Notes under the pieces: model-generated
Seen by the model: only the letters and a program-made list of their open reading frames with translations
Databases searched by the model: none
What the model was told of the DNA's origin: nothing
DNA from: Eledone cirrhosa
Lineage: Eukaryota
Length of the DNA stretch: 64,000 bases
Reading direction: 5' to 3'
NCBI GenBank assembly: GCA_964016885.1
Contig: OZ024740.1
Location: 43,152,001-43,216,000 of the forward strand
Position numbers and translations under genes: made by a program
In this document: positions 39,810-53,315 of the stretch, piece after piece
How positions within the stretch are numbered: the stretch's first letter is position 1
Layout of the letters: each line of letters begins with the position of its first letter

Positions 39810-42435
39810 GCCCCCTGCAACAGTCAAAACCAGCCACCACACTAGCCTCCACATTCTTACTCAATACACAAGGTATCAGCCCATCCACCAATGCACAGAA
39901 ATGGAAGATCCAATTCGTTGAGGATTGGGTTGGTAACCATCCATTTCACATCCCCTTCTTCATTCTTACTGAAACCCACCTTGACAACTCCCACTTGGAG
40001 GCTGAAGTAAGAGTGAGAAATTTCACAACCATCCGTGCGGATCGTGTTGACAGAAGGAAGGGTGGAACTGCCATTTTCCTGCATGATTCCTTTACGGCAG
40101 ATGGCAACACAACATTCTCTAATGGATACTGTGAATCAGTCACTGTGCACAATAAACCCAATGACCTGACATTTGTTGGACTCTATAGGCCACCACAAAC
40201 ACTCATAATCTGCTTCAAAGAATGCCTCAACAGTATTAAATGCTTTATTAAACAGTACCATTCTAGAAACATACTTTTGATGGGAGACTTTAATCTACCC
40301 TGTGTCGATTGGTCTACATGTAGTTTGAAACCAGAAACCACAAGCTCAACCACTGACAAGGAGGCTGTCGTGTCACTTCTTGACTTCATGAATGATTTTT
40401 TCTTGTCCCAACTTGCCCTTGCACCAACGAGGCATCAGAAGAACATTCACTAACACTATACATAATATTACAGTGGAAAAAACCGTTCTCTCAGACCATG
40501 ACATAGTTCTTTGTAACCTGAGATTCCACCAGCCGAAAGCCAATCCCAGGGTCTTCTCTCCAGCCCACCCATATGATAACATGGATCTCTACAATGCCAA
40601 CTGGGATGCAATTATGAACGAACTATCACATGTCGACTGGTCTTTTACAAAGGCACACACTTCCACCAACATCAAAACATCTTGGCAGATCTTTGTAGAC
40701 ACTGTCACAAATATATGTACAAAACACACCCCACCAAAACCTGTGAACAAAACCAAGTGCAGTATCCCCCAAAACAGAAAAACAATTATCAGAAAAATAA
40801 AAAGAACAAACAAAACAATTAACACACTAAAATACTGCCAACAGCAACACACACATTCAATGGCTATCACCCTGCTTGAGTAAAAAATATATAACCTCCA
40901 GCAATGCATGATGACTATCATCAATAACCAGAGAATAGCTGAAGAGAGGTGGGTCATTCAGAAAATCAAACTCAACCCCAAAGTGTTCTTTTCATTTGCT
41001 AAAAAACTGGTCACCGGCTCCACTGTTGGCCCCCTAGTTGATGAACATGGCACACTCCAGCAAAATGCCAAAACCATGGGCGAGATACTGCAGAAACAAT
41101 ACTGCTCTGTTTTCAGCAATCCTGATATGGCCAATCTGGGCCGTATCAGTGATGTTAATCCCCATCACACTATATCAGACATAACGTTTGGCGCCCCTGA
41201 TGACTTATTATCAAGGTATTTGAGAGCGTGCTGAGATCACGAATAAACCACTTTCTTGAAAGCAACGGCCTGCTGAACTCCAACCAACAAGGGTTCCGCA
41301 ATGGAATGGACTGCCTAACGCAGCTCCTGTATCATTTTGACGATGTTTTGAGTGCCTTGGGAGAGGGCTCCAACAGTGATGTCATCTACCTTGACTTGAG
41401 CAAGGCCTTCGACAGGGTTGATCATAAGATTCTACTGAAAAAACTATCCAATGTTGGTGTCTCTGGAAGGTTACTACAGTGGATCAAATGTTTCCTGACA
41501 GGCAGAACCCAGCATGTTGTAGTTGAAGGAATAAAATCAAGCTCTGCCAAAGTCAGCAGTGGCGTCCCACAAGGCATTGTGTTGGGCCCACTTCTTTTCA
41601 TCATCTACATTAATGACATTGCTGACATCATCAAGCACAGCAACATCAGAATCTTCGCAGACGATTCCAAGCTCCAAAGGGTCATCAATGAGGTGGGTGA
41701 CCGGACTTGCCTTCAGTCAGACCTACTGGCTGTTATCCAATGGGCAGAAATGAATAATATGCTGCTGAAGGAAAAAAGGATGCCCTGAAACTACCATACT
41801 CAATTCCTTCAGGTGAAAATCTAGTGGCATCCAATAACATCAGAGACCTGGGAGTAATTGTGGACAACAACATAAGCTGGGCCACTCATGTAAACAGCAA
41901 AGTTGATATGGACCGCAGAATGTGTTCCTGGATTCTTAGAACTTTCCAGTCGAGAGATATCCACAATGTTGTCCTCCTCTTCTCCACTTTTGCCCTACCC
42001 CACCTTGAATACTGTTGTCCACTATGGTCACCCCACACGAAACAAAGTATCATGAAAGTTGAAGCACTCCAAAGGTCAATTACAAAAAAGATAGATGGCA
42101 TGACAGGCCTTGACTATTGGAGTCGATTAGAAAAGCTCAAACTTTATTCTCTCCAACGTCGCCGTGAGCGCTACATTATCTGTATGATGAGGAAAATATT
42201 CCATCAGCTTTGCCCAAATAATGTTAGCATCACCTTTAGTGTACACCCAAGGCTTGAGCCCCGTGCTATCCGCTCACGACAAAAATCTCACTCGCATCCC
42301 ATAACAACAATACGGTACGAGTGGGCCATGGTGCCCAAACACTGATTTGTAAGACTTCGCCAGGTGGTGCTATCAAGTTAGACATGGCCTGGGCCAATAC
42401 TGGCCGAAACCTATCAGAGTTAACAAAATCAAAGT
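39810..42435 (+). mobile_element. CR1/L2-group (Jockey-like) LINE ORF2 pseudogene with internal deletions
   Basis: LTETHL, RKGGTAIF, LYRPP, LMGDFNLP, SDHDIV; YLDLSKAFDRVDH, SGVPQG.VLGPLLF, FADDSKL, LEYCCPLWSP, LYSLQRRRER. Confidence 0.92.
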
Positions 42436-42459
42436 TATATACATATATATATATAACAA

Positions 42460-43125
42460 GTGAGATAACGGATTAAAGGACTCGCGTATAATCCTGTAAA
42501 TAAATGAGCTGAAAGGAAAGAGTTTTCCTGACCACTTTAAAATACAATATATAGAGGGGAAACACACAGGAGAGTGTGTTTTCCTTTACAGGAACTTCAG
42601 ACCACCAGCGCGAAGAGAATATAAGCAAATAAAGGCATAGGAAAAACATTAAAATTAAAAGTATAAATTTAAATGAGAAACCAACATCATACCCAAATCA
42701 CACATGTACAAACTAACCAGGAGATTGTTTCGCCATTTAGTGGGATCCAATTAAGCCCAGTGGGTCATCAGCATGTGGAGAGACCGATATTGTCCGCACT
42801 ACTAGAGAGAGAACTATTGTAAACCACCTGTCGCACGTGTAAAGATAAGGGAAATACGTGCACGGGGTATGAACAGAACAAGCTGCTAGAGATGGCAACC
42901 TATACCGTTCAATTTATGGTGCTCGACAGCAGAGAGAATGCAAGGAGCAAATATCAAGTAAGATAACGGTGTAAAGGACTCGCGAATAATCCTGTAAATA
43001 AATGAGCTGAAAGGAAAGAGTTTTCCTGACCACTTTAAAATACAATATATAGAGGGGAAACACACAGGAGAGTGTGTTTTCCTTTACAGGAATTTCAAAC
43101 CACCAGCGTGAAGAGAATATAAGCT
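42460..43125 (-). repeat. ~165-bp direct repeats ~500 bp apart enclosing a decayed HHR (pseudo-LTR-like partial tandem)
   Basis: 42462-42626 matches 42961-43124; minus strand CUGAUGA...GAAAC at 42771-42727. Confidence 0.7.
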
Positions 43126-43154
43126 AATAGAGGCATATATATATATATATATAT

Positions 43155-43750
43155 AAAGAAACATTAGTGTCTGTAGTTTTGTTTACATGCCAACACCACA
43201 GAAGAGCAAGAATGAGGGGCTCATTTGCTGACATGGCTTTAAAAAAGAGGCTGTTTGCATAATTGCAAATGAATCGAATATTATTATTAATATTCAAAAA
43301 ACTCAGATTACATTTATTGTATTCAGCCATGTAGAGCGAAACTTTTCTTTTTTTATTATATATACATACATATTTATATATATATAATGTAAATGTAAAT
43401 GTAAATGTAATCTGAATTTTTCGAATATTAATAGCCTCATTTTTACAGCCATGTCAGTATAATGAACTCTTCATTCTTGCTCCTGTGTTTCAGGCCGATC
43501 AGTCACTGTATATTTTTGAAAATAGCATATATTTTCACTAGCTCAGACAGTTGGCAGGTGAACCATGAACATCACGGATGAAGGGTGATACACAGAAACA
43601 TTAGTGTCTGAAGTTATGTTTACATGCCAACACAGGAGCAAGAATGAAGACTTCATTCTACTGACATGGCTGTAAAATGAGGCTTGTTTGTATATTTGCA
43701 AACGAATCGAATGTTATTATTAATATTCGAAAAACTCAAATTACATTTAT
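43155..43750 (+). repeat. Direct plus inverted rearranged pseudo-LTR-like unit with decayed HHR at 43568-43615
   Basis: 43157-43320 matches 43595-43750, inverted piece at ~43400-43490; AACAUCA-CGGAUGA...GAAAC-auuagu-GUC-UGAAGUU. Confidence 0.65.
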
Positions 43751-43763
43751 GTATATATTTATG

Positions 43764-43798
<35 letters not shown>

Positions 43799-44358
43799 CA
43801 GTCTCTCTCTTTGTTAGCCTCTTCCTCACCCTTCACTCACTCATTCTCTGTCACTGCCTCTCCTCCTCCTCTTTCTTCCCGTTTGACCTGTGCGTAATTC
43901 TTTTCTCTCGCACGCTCGGCCAAGCTGGTCGGAATTTTTTCTCTCTCTCGTCTACGATTTCACAGAACTTATGTTTACCGAATTCGCAGACCAGACCCCT
44001 TCTTCCTCCCGTTAGACCTGTGCGAAATTCCTTCCTTGCTCACATTTCAACCAGGTTTGATGGTCTTTATTCTCTCGTTCACGATTTCACCGAATTTAAA
44101 TCCATAAGAATTTGGGACTTGTCTCCTTCTTCCTCACTTTCTGTTGCTTCACCATTTTGTTTGTTTACACTCGCGTCCCCTTTATTTACGTGTCCCAACG
44201 CCTTTTTTTAGCCGTTGCTCGCACCAACCGGAGCTATATGGTCTTTAAAGCGATGAAATGCCTATGATGGTTGGAAGATAACTGATGAAGGACAAACCTT
44301 TTTCATATGTAACCCATTTGCAACTCCGCCGCGCCCTTATTATCATATATATATATAT

Positions 44359-44790
44359 ATTGTTATGTTTTGGGAGGGTCATGTTGCCGATAAGAAACAC
44401 ACGCACCGGATGCTTTCACTCCAATTTATTATAAATTAAATTTATAAATTTAAGAATTTATAAATATCTGGTTGGTTTGTTGGATGGCGTAGGACAGAAC
44501 AAAGGAGGGGCACAAAAACAAAGAAAATAATCCCCAATCACCGAAGGGGTCACAGAATGTGTGACGAAAGAACGTTGACAATATATGAACAATCGTCTGG
44601 TTGTAGAACCAACCAACCAACCAGAAACTTATAAATTCTTAAATTTATTAATTTAATTTATAATAAATTGAAGTGAAACAACTGGTGCGTGTGTTTCTTA
44701 TTGGCAACATAACCCTCCCCGAGTATAACAATATCGGTTTCAACACACGTTTTCAGATAAGGAAGGAATCTTGCTAAACAAATTCAGAAA

Positions 44791-44795
<5 letters not shown>
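44359..44795. mobile_element. Fold-back remnant of the PLE family at 23870 with degenerate HHR (44536-44580)
   Basis: TTGTTAT..TTGGGAGGGTCATGTTGCC.ATAAGAAACACACGCACC arm inverted at 44610-44732. Confidence 0.75.
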
Positions 44796-44879
<84 letters not shown>

Positions 44880-44904
44880 CATACATAAATATATACATAA
44901 ATGT

Positions 44905-45270
44905 AATCTCAGATGGTGGATGGGTGCAACACGAGAATGCTGAGGATGGCTCTGAACATTAATCAGTATACACTGAGGATTAAAACCTCAGAGCTGTATG
45001 GGAGCCTTCCATAAGTCAGCTCAAATGTGACACAGAGGAGACTGAGGTTAGCTGGACATGCTCACCAACATCCAGAGTTGACATTGCACTCAGTGCTCCG
45101 GTGGGAGCCCCTACATGGACACACTGGAAGAGGAAGACCAAGGTTAACGTATGTTGATGCCCTAAGAACAGACACTGGTTTGTTGGAGACGCAGGACATG
45201 GCAGCGATAATGTAGGACAGAGACTGCTGGAGAGAACTCGTCCATGGATCTCGGGAATTTTACCCGCCCT
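44905..45270 (+). mobile_element. RTE-clade LINE 3' fragment
   Basis: RRLRLAGH...VLRWEP.HG..GRGRPRLTYVD. Confidence 0.8.
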
Positions 45271-45589
45271 ATATATATATATATATATATATATACAAAT
45301 ATATTACACAAATAGAAGTGTGTTAGACAGAGAAATGTGTGTAAATGATTATTACAAGTGATTTCTACCGTTACTGTATCGAAAACAATATATATAGGTT
45401 TAGCAATTAAATAGAAAAAAGCTAAGTCAGAATCAAATCACTGAAGTAGAGTTTTAAATTACTAACCTTATAACTATAAGTTTGCTGATACGAATTAAGT
45501 TCGTTTCGTCACAGAAATGTGCAGTTTAACAGTCAGCAAATCTGGATTCTGTTTACTACACATCTAGCCTCATGGCTAGATATATATAT

Positions 45590-45810
45590 CGTTTCTGAAT
45601 TTGTTTAGCAAGATTTTTTATCTGAAAACATGTGTTGAAACCGATATTGTTATACTTTGGGAGGGTCATGTTGCCCACAAGAAACACACGCACCAGTGCT
45701 TTCACTCAAAATTATAAAATTTAAAATTCTTTTATTTTTTTTTTATTTTATAATAATGAAAGTAACTGGGGCGTGTGTTTCTTATTGGCAACATGACTCT
45801 CCCAAATTAT

Positions 45811-45816
<6 letters not shown>
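45590..45816. mobile_element. Small fold-back of the same PLE terminal sequence
   Basis: 45644-45705 inverted at 45757-45816. Confidence 0.75.
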
Positions 45817-45843
<27 letters not shown>

Positions 45844-46299
45844 CGCACACACACATATATATTTATATATACGAAGATTTTAGATAAGAAATTTGTAATT
45901 TGAAATAACCGATACCAGGCGCAAACAATTGCTCGTCGGAAAATCTTAAGGCAAACAATGTCTAGTATATATATATATATACACACACGCTTCGTAACAT
46001 CAGGACAGGTGTGTATATATAGTTACACACCCGCTGTGATGCAAGCACGTATATGTAGTATATATAATCACACACACGTTGTGATACCAGTGCAGGCGCT
46101 TTCTTTTTAGAAAATTTATGTGACATTGATTTAGAATACCTGTTATATTTCAATTAATTTCATCGTTGAGAGACAAACAAATATCTTTAAATTATTATCT
46201 GTCAGCTTTGTCACATTTACATTTAAAATAGTTAATAATTTTAAATTTGATATTCATAAAACATATTTTATTTTGAACAATATTACAATTGAAGGATAA

Positions 46300-46509
46300 T
46301 ACAGTGTTAAAATTTTACATATACACTAGCGTTGTCTACCAGGGTTTGTAAATCTCTAGGTATATCGTCGACTGAAGTCGTTAAGATTTTAATCGGTGTG
46401 TTTGACAAACACACCTATTGAGATCTTAACGAATTCAGTCGATGCTATACCTAGACATTTACAAACCCTGGTAGACAACGCTCGTGTCTATGTAAAATGT
46501 TAACAGTGT
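46300..46509. repeat. ~210-bp spacer-less palindrome (fold-back/MITE-like)
   Basis: Arms meet at GGTGTGTTTG-A-CAAACACACC. Confidence 0.9.
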
Positions 46510-46859
46510 ACATGAGGAATGCGTTCTACTAATTGAGTCAGAGTTTTTGGTTTTGAACTATACACATCTAATTTCGCCCAACCCCACTGGAGAAGATCAC
46601 ATGGCTTTAAGGCGGAGTCTCTTGTTGGCTCTTTGTGTTGACCTCGATGACCCAGCTAACCTCCTGGAAATTTGATATCAAGCCACTCACTAACTGAGTG
46701 TGCAAAATGAGGAGTCCCATCTTGCATGAATATGAGGTGATTGTTGTTCTCCCAATTCGTCACATAGGCCAAAAGTTGGAAATAATTTTCAATTAGGAGT
46801 TTCGTTTCAGCTATCCTGTACTTAGGTGTGGGAAGCTGATATATAAAAATCTATAATAA

Positions 46860-47076
46860 TTATTCCTACTTTTGGCACAAGGCCAGCAAATACCCAGTGC
46901 ATTACTGGTACATTATTTAATCGACCCTGTAAGGATAAAAGGCAAAGTTAACCCTGGCGGGATTTCAACTCAGAATGGAAATGTTAACTTTGTCTTTCAT
47001 CCTTACGGGGTCGATAAAATAAAGTACCAGTAATGCACTTGGTATTTGCTGGCCTTGTGTGAAAAGTAGAAACAAT
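46860..47076. mobile_element. Head-to-head inverted pair of SINE family A 3' halves
   Basis: 46860-46975 (-) and 46983-47076 (+). Confidence 0.85.
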
Positions 47077-47349
47077 TCTTATAAAAAATTTATAATAATA
47101 ATACATTCTACTTGTATTTATAGCAAATGATTCAGATCTATGGAAACCATGAGTGGGGGAGTGTTTCATACTGTTCCACATAATAATAGTTCATCTGGTT
47201 GGCTTAAAATCATATGTACATACTGATGCGTGTAGAACATCAGATATCTCATCAGGGAAAACATTTATGTAGAGAATCCAGGAGGACGTTAAATTTTGTA
47301 TGGATTCGAAACATATTTATCATATATATGACAGTAGATCGGCTTTTCG

Positions 47350-47517
47350 TCAAATTGAACCGAGGATACAATGTTTCCATTGGTCTTTCTAATTGCTAAT
47401 ACTATCTACTGGTCGCAACTCCAGGTAGAAGGAGCAACGTGAAATAAAGTGCCTTGCCCAAAGACATAACGCATCGCCCTGTCCAGGAATCGAACTCACA
47501 GCCTCACGATTGCGAAT

Positions 47518-47519
<2 letters not shown>
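47350..47519 (-). mobile_element. CORE-type SINE
   Basis: GAGCAACGTGAAATAAAGTGCCTTGCCCAAAGACA...GAATCGAACTC. Confidence 0.85.
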
Positions 47520-47601
<82 letters not shown>

Positions 47602-47712
47602 ATATATATATATATACATGTATATATATATATATATATATGGTGGATGGTCCGCATCTGGTTTAGCGTGTGCGCTTATATGTTCGTGGATTGATTAGAC
47701 AAATGACGATCT

Positions 47713-47748
<36 letters not shown>

Positions 47749-47819
47749 TACACGCACGCCCGCACACAGACACACACACAGACACGAAGACACCCAGACA
47801 CACACACCACACACACACA

Positions 47820-47886
<67 letters not shown>

Positions 47887-48316
47887 GTATATATATATAT
47901 ATATATATAAATATGTTTTGAAACAGTGACCAGGTTTGAAATTAGTAAGTAGAATAGCTTTCACAGTATTTTTTTGACTAAAGAAATTTTAGTTCGATAA
48001 TGGGGTTTAGATAAATGGAAAAAGATGAGTATTAACGTACATGTACATCAATACTCATCTTTTTCCATTTATCTGAGGGTTCTAAACCCCATTATCAGAC
48101 TAATATATATATATATATACATATATATACATACATATATAGTTTATATACGCATAATTCGTTTCTTATCTGAAATCGTGTGTTGAAACAGATATTTTTA
48201 TACTTTTGGAGGGTCATGCTGCCAATAAAAACACACGCACCTGTGGTTTCCACTTAATTTTATTATAAGGTTTCGGTTGGTTGCTTGGTTCAATAAGCGG
48301 AAGGTTGTTTATATAT

Positions 48317-48360
48317 TGTCAAAGCTCTTTCGTAACACATTCTGTAGCCTCTTCAATGAC
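48317..48360 (-). ncRNA. Hammerhead ribozyme, C3U variant
   Basis: GUCA-UUGAAGA...GAAAG-ag-CUU-UGAC. Confidence 0.6.
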
Positions 48361-48683
48361 TAGGTTTATTTTTATCTTGTGTCTCTCATGTGTTCTGTCC
48401 AAGACCAACTTATTTTTGTGTGTTGTGTGTTGTGTGCTTAGTTTGCGCATGCATAACATCCGGGTGTATGGGAGTTTTTATTTATTTATTTATTTATGTG
48501 TTTATTTACTTGTCACTAGTTGGTTGTTAGTTCTATCTGTGTGTGTCTCATTAGTTTTGTTAGTTTTTTTTTTTTGTGTATCTGTATACTTTCAGTTTGT
48601 CCATAATTATTAGTTGTGATGTTGCTATTACAATCATATTTTCTGTTTAATTTTGGTTGGAGTTCGTTTATATTCGTCGCCTC

Positions 48684-48728
48684 TGTCATTGAAGAGTTCA
48701 CAGAATGTGTGACGAAATAGCTTTGACA
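48684..48728 (+). ncRNA. Hammerhead ribozyme, C3U variant
   Basis: UGUCA-UUGAAGA-guUCAC-agaaugu-GUGAc-GAAA-uag-CUU-UGACA; perfect 5-bp stem I. Confidence 0.6.
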
Positions 48729-48794
48729 ATATATAAACAACCTTCCGGTTATCGAACCAACCAACCAACCAACCAACTAACCGGAAACTTATAA

Positions 48795-48884
<90 letters not shown>

Positions 48885-49279
48885 AGTGGGAGCTTAGTAA
48901 AATCGAAGCTTTGGCTGTGGCCAAGCTAACGACCTACAATTAGAAATGTGCAGCAAAGTACTCGATAAGGTTGTAGGCCTTAGAGTAATAACATACGTTT
49001 AGGCAGCTTGACAAATTGAAAATTGCGGCAGGTAAAGCTAGACACACAATACCAAATCAACGAAAGAACTAATCAGGTTAGACAACTGACTTGGACGAAT
49101 CGAACGATATTATACAATACGTCCGGTAGGTTTCTATCCGTACCGGAATCATCAATCCAACTTACGTAAAATGCTAGTTTATGGTATTCTATGATCGAAC
49201 AGTAGATTAACGTCATCAACAGGTTTTTCCTTCCATGTCTCAAGTAGGTGTGGAGAATAACGCTGAACTGCTACAGTTT

Positions 49280-49411
49280 GCAGCATTCAGTGTTCTACTG
49301 TCACTTGTTATTTCCAACAAGGGAAGTAACCCCCGGTTTTTTGCGGGCAAATTCAAAGTGTGAACAAAGGAAAACAATTCCGTTCCACCTTCCATTCCGA
49401 ATGAGAAACTC

Positions 49412-49446
<35 letters not shown>

Positions 49447-49593
49447 ATATATATATATATATATATAGTTTCTCATTCGGAAGGGAATGTGGAACGGAAT
49501 TGTTTTCCTTTGTTCACACTTTGAATTTGCAAAAAACCGGGGGTTACTTCCCCTGTCGGAAATAACACGTGACAGTAGAACACTGAATGCTGC
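49280..49593. repeat. ~130-bp inverted repeats separated by a (TA)n spacer
   Basis: 49280-49410 inverted at 49467-49593. Confidence 0.9.
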
Positions 49594-49704
49594 CAACAAT
49601 ATATATATATATATATTAACCCACTCGATATGCAAATTGGGCTTCTCAGCCGTTAATATGCATAAGGTAAGTGTATACGTTCAACAATCTGGCAGGAAGG
49701 TATA

Positions 49705-49745
49705 CGTTGCTGACGATAGCTAATAAGCTTGAAACTAGTACAGCG
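49705..49745 (+). ncRNA. Hammerhead ribozyme, third (dispersed) copy of the 440-bp family (unit ~49620-49895)
   Basis: CGUUG-CUGACGA-uAGC-uaauaa-GCUu-GAAAC-ua-GUA-CAGCG. Confidence 0.88.
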
Positions 49746-49889
49746 TTCCTTTGTCAGTGTTGAACAAACGAGCAACGATGGTTGCTGGACACTATGGCTT
49801 AATACGGGATGTTTGTTTACAAACACACCGAGCATTATAATAAATGTTCGGGGAATCCATACGTACATATATATATATATGTGTGCATG

Positions 49890-49951
<62 letters not shown>

Positions 49952-49960
49952 ATATATCTA

Positions 49961-49994
<34 letters not shown>

Positions 49995-50257
49995 ATATAT
50001 ATATATATATACACAGTATATATATACAGTATACATATATATTTCATTATTACCCAAACTAGCTATGCGTGGTTACACGCTTGTAAAAATTATCTCCTGT
50101 GATTATTCATGTATATTTATATGTTAATCAATTTCTAGTTATTATAAAATGCTCGGATATATCTTTGACCTTATTTCCAGGCGATATGGCCCATGCCGTT
50201 ATGGCATGACACCCACAATTTCGATTTGGATTAAATTCATTTAATTTATCTTAATTT

Positions 50258-50677
<420 letters not shown>

Positions 50678-51476
50678 CTAAGAATAATGAGTTCTAAACT
50701 GAAGCAGTCCTTTACAATTAAATAGCTCAAAGAAAGAAGTATTTCTGAGCCGTGTAATACAAGTTAATATAAATTAATATCTCTGATAAAACACAAATTT
50801 ACGATACAAACACTTATATGTTGGTATTTGTGTTTTATCATATATATTAATTTATATTAACTTGTATATGTATATATATATATATATGCATATGATCATA
50901 TTGCTCTATCCCGTTTTCTCCCCCCATAATAATAATATTTTTATTTGAAAAAATTGGCTTTTTTACATTGTGTTTTCCCCTTCAAATACTTGATTATATT
51001 TCTTTATATATTCTCTATATATTTTTTTATATATATATTTTTTATCTCTATTCTTATTTTCACTTTTATCCTCCTTTATATTTTACCTTATTCTTACTTT
51101 TATACCTTATTATAGTGTAATCCTCCCCATGCCTTATTATACATTATTAATTTTAGATTATTATTATTACTCTTTTTCCATTTCTAATTACCTCATGTAC
51201 TTTCTCCTCCGTTATATATATTGTATGCCCTTTGTGTGTGTGTAGCCTCTGCACACCCTCTGCACCCTACTATCGACGCCACCCCATCTATGGTTCAGCT
51301 AACCACTCGACTCCCGGGAATGAATATGACCGCAGCTAGTAAACAAGGACCCACACCCCACCCTCCCGCACCAAAATTAGACTTATCGTCCCCTACTTTT
51401 GCTCTTTACTCTCTTTACTCTTTGTTCTTGAATGTTTGGTTGGTAGAGTCCATAACACCAATCAAACCCCTTTTAT

Positions 51477-51523
51477 AGCTCTGACGAATCCTACGGTTAC
51501 GTAAGGAAGAAACATTGTAAGCC
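51477..51523 (+). ncRNA. Minimal hammerhead ribozyme at the end of a T-rich PLE-like 3'UTR (~50890-51570)
   Basis: GCU-CUGACGA-aUCCUACG-guua-CGUAaGGAa-GAAAC-auu-GUA-AGC then AATAAA; downstream sequence resembles that after the HHR at 2437. Confidence 0.85.
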
Positions 51524-51594
51524 AATAAAAATCTTTTGATGCTGTAGACGCTCTTGTGTTCTTTATCATATGTATGCATATATATATTTATCTC

Positions 51595-51625
<31 letters not shown>

Positions 51626-51628
51626 CAG

Positions 51629-51667
<39 letters not shown>

Positions 51668-51671
51668 GTAT

Positions 51672-51708
<37 letters not shown>

Positions 51709-52256
51709 GAGAGAGAAATAAATAGATAGAGAGATAGAGAGAGAGAGAGTAGGAGAGAAAAAAGAGAGAGAAATGCAGATAGAAGAATATTTTTATATAG
51801 ACTCAGCCGGATGGCTGAAACAGGTAAAAGAGTAAAAGTGTATAGAGAGAGAAATGGAGATAGATAGTGGGATATTGAGATAGATAGATAGATACATGAG
51901 TACGTTGTGAATGTGAATTTCTGGATTCGATCTTACTCATGGATGTGATATTTTCCATTGACTCGGATCAAGCCTAAAATTGTGAGTGAAATTGGATAGA
52001 CGGAAACCCTTTCGAAGCCCCTTGGATTGAATGTACTAGTAAATCCTGGGAGCAATCTCAATACAGCCTGTTTCACGTCGAGGCTATTTGATAGTCAAGT
52101 TAAATGTATAACTAACGGTCGAATACTCAGCCTTGTATGAAATTCTTTTGACCGAGCGTTTCAAATATCCCTCGTCGAAACGATGCAGTTCCAATTACAC
52201 ATATATATATATGTATGTATGTATATACATATATATATTTGTGTGTGTGTGTGTCT

Positions 52257-52315
<59 letters not shown>

Positions 52316-53315
52316 TGTGTGTGTAGTTGTGTATATGTGTGTGTATATGTAAGTGTGTGTGAGAGAGAGAGAGAGTATTTGCTGAATATTTCAATATTTG
52401 ATAATGCAATTCCTTTAGCATATAACGTCTTCATTATATCATCCATCATGTTATAACGATCGTCTACTAGAGTAAAACATTCTCTATGTCCTTCTGATAT
52501 TAAATACATGCTTATCGATTTATTTCATCTCAGCATCTGTATAGTTTCTTATATATTCTCAACAAATATTATATCGTTTACTTTCCGTCATATAGAAGAT
52601 AACTTAATTGGTCTGTGTGCTGGTTTGTTGCAGCAGATGTAGTCACTGTTGTCGCTAGTGACATTTCTACGCACCATACTCTATATGTGACCGTATGACA
52701 ATGCTGGAAACGTATCTGAATATCGCGAATACAAACAATCTAATGAAATATATTGAAGGAAAATGATTTTCGTCAGTTTCTCTATCAGAATATGAATTAA
52801 AATTATCCGAAAATAATAGCTTCTCAAAAGGAAACCATTTTCCCAATGAAATCTCCTGTCCAAGTTTTAAAAGCACAAAAAAAAAAAACGAGTGCAATAT
52901 ATATATATATAATAAACGAAATATTTAATAAATACCATTTAAAAGCTCAATTATTTTAATAACTCGGAAATATGAAATTGTTAAACGCCTGAAACGATAT
53001 ATATATATTCTTCTCATGCAATCAATCTTTTATGAAGAGATATTTATAAAAACAAATATCTCCAACTTAGTTACCTATATATGTTATCTATCTACAGAAT
53101 TATGGCAGTCTTTAATGGACACGATACATCACTGCACGTAAATTGTGATGTATCGACATTTGGGAAAGCTGTACGATAACTAATCCATTCAGTGTTTGCC
53201 AATAGTAAACTTCAGGCGCTCTCATAGTTGCTAACTTTACATTTTTCCTTCAGAGAGGTTCGTAGCAAAACTGTGACGAAATTGGCTGTTTTGTGCGATT
53301 ATCTGAACCCCCAGA

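Larger units (their letters stand above)
48160..48800. mobile_element. Fold-back PLE remnant with an HHR in each arm
   Basis: 48262-48360 inverted at 48684-48795; same terminal family as 44359 and 45590. Confidence 0.75.

Noticed and set aside
44281-44345. CTGATGA as a hammerhead
   Set aside because: No downstream GAAA or stem III found before the (TA)n tract
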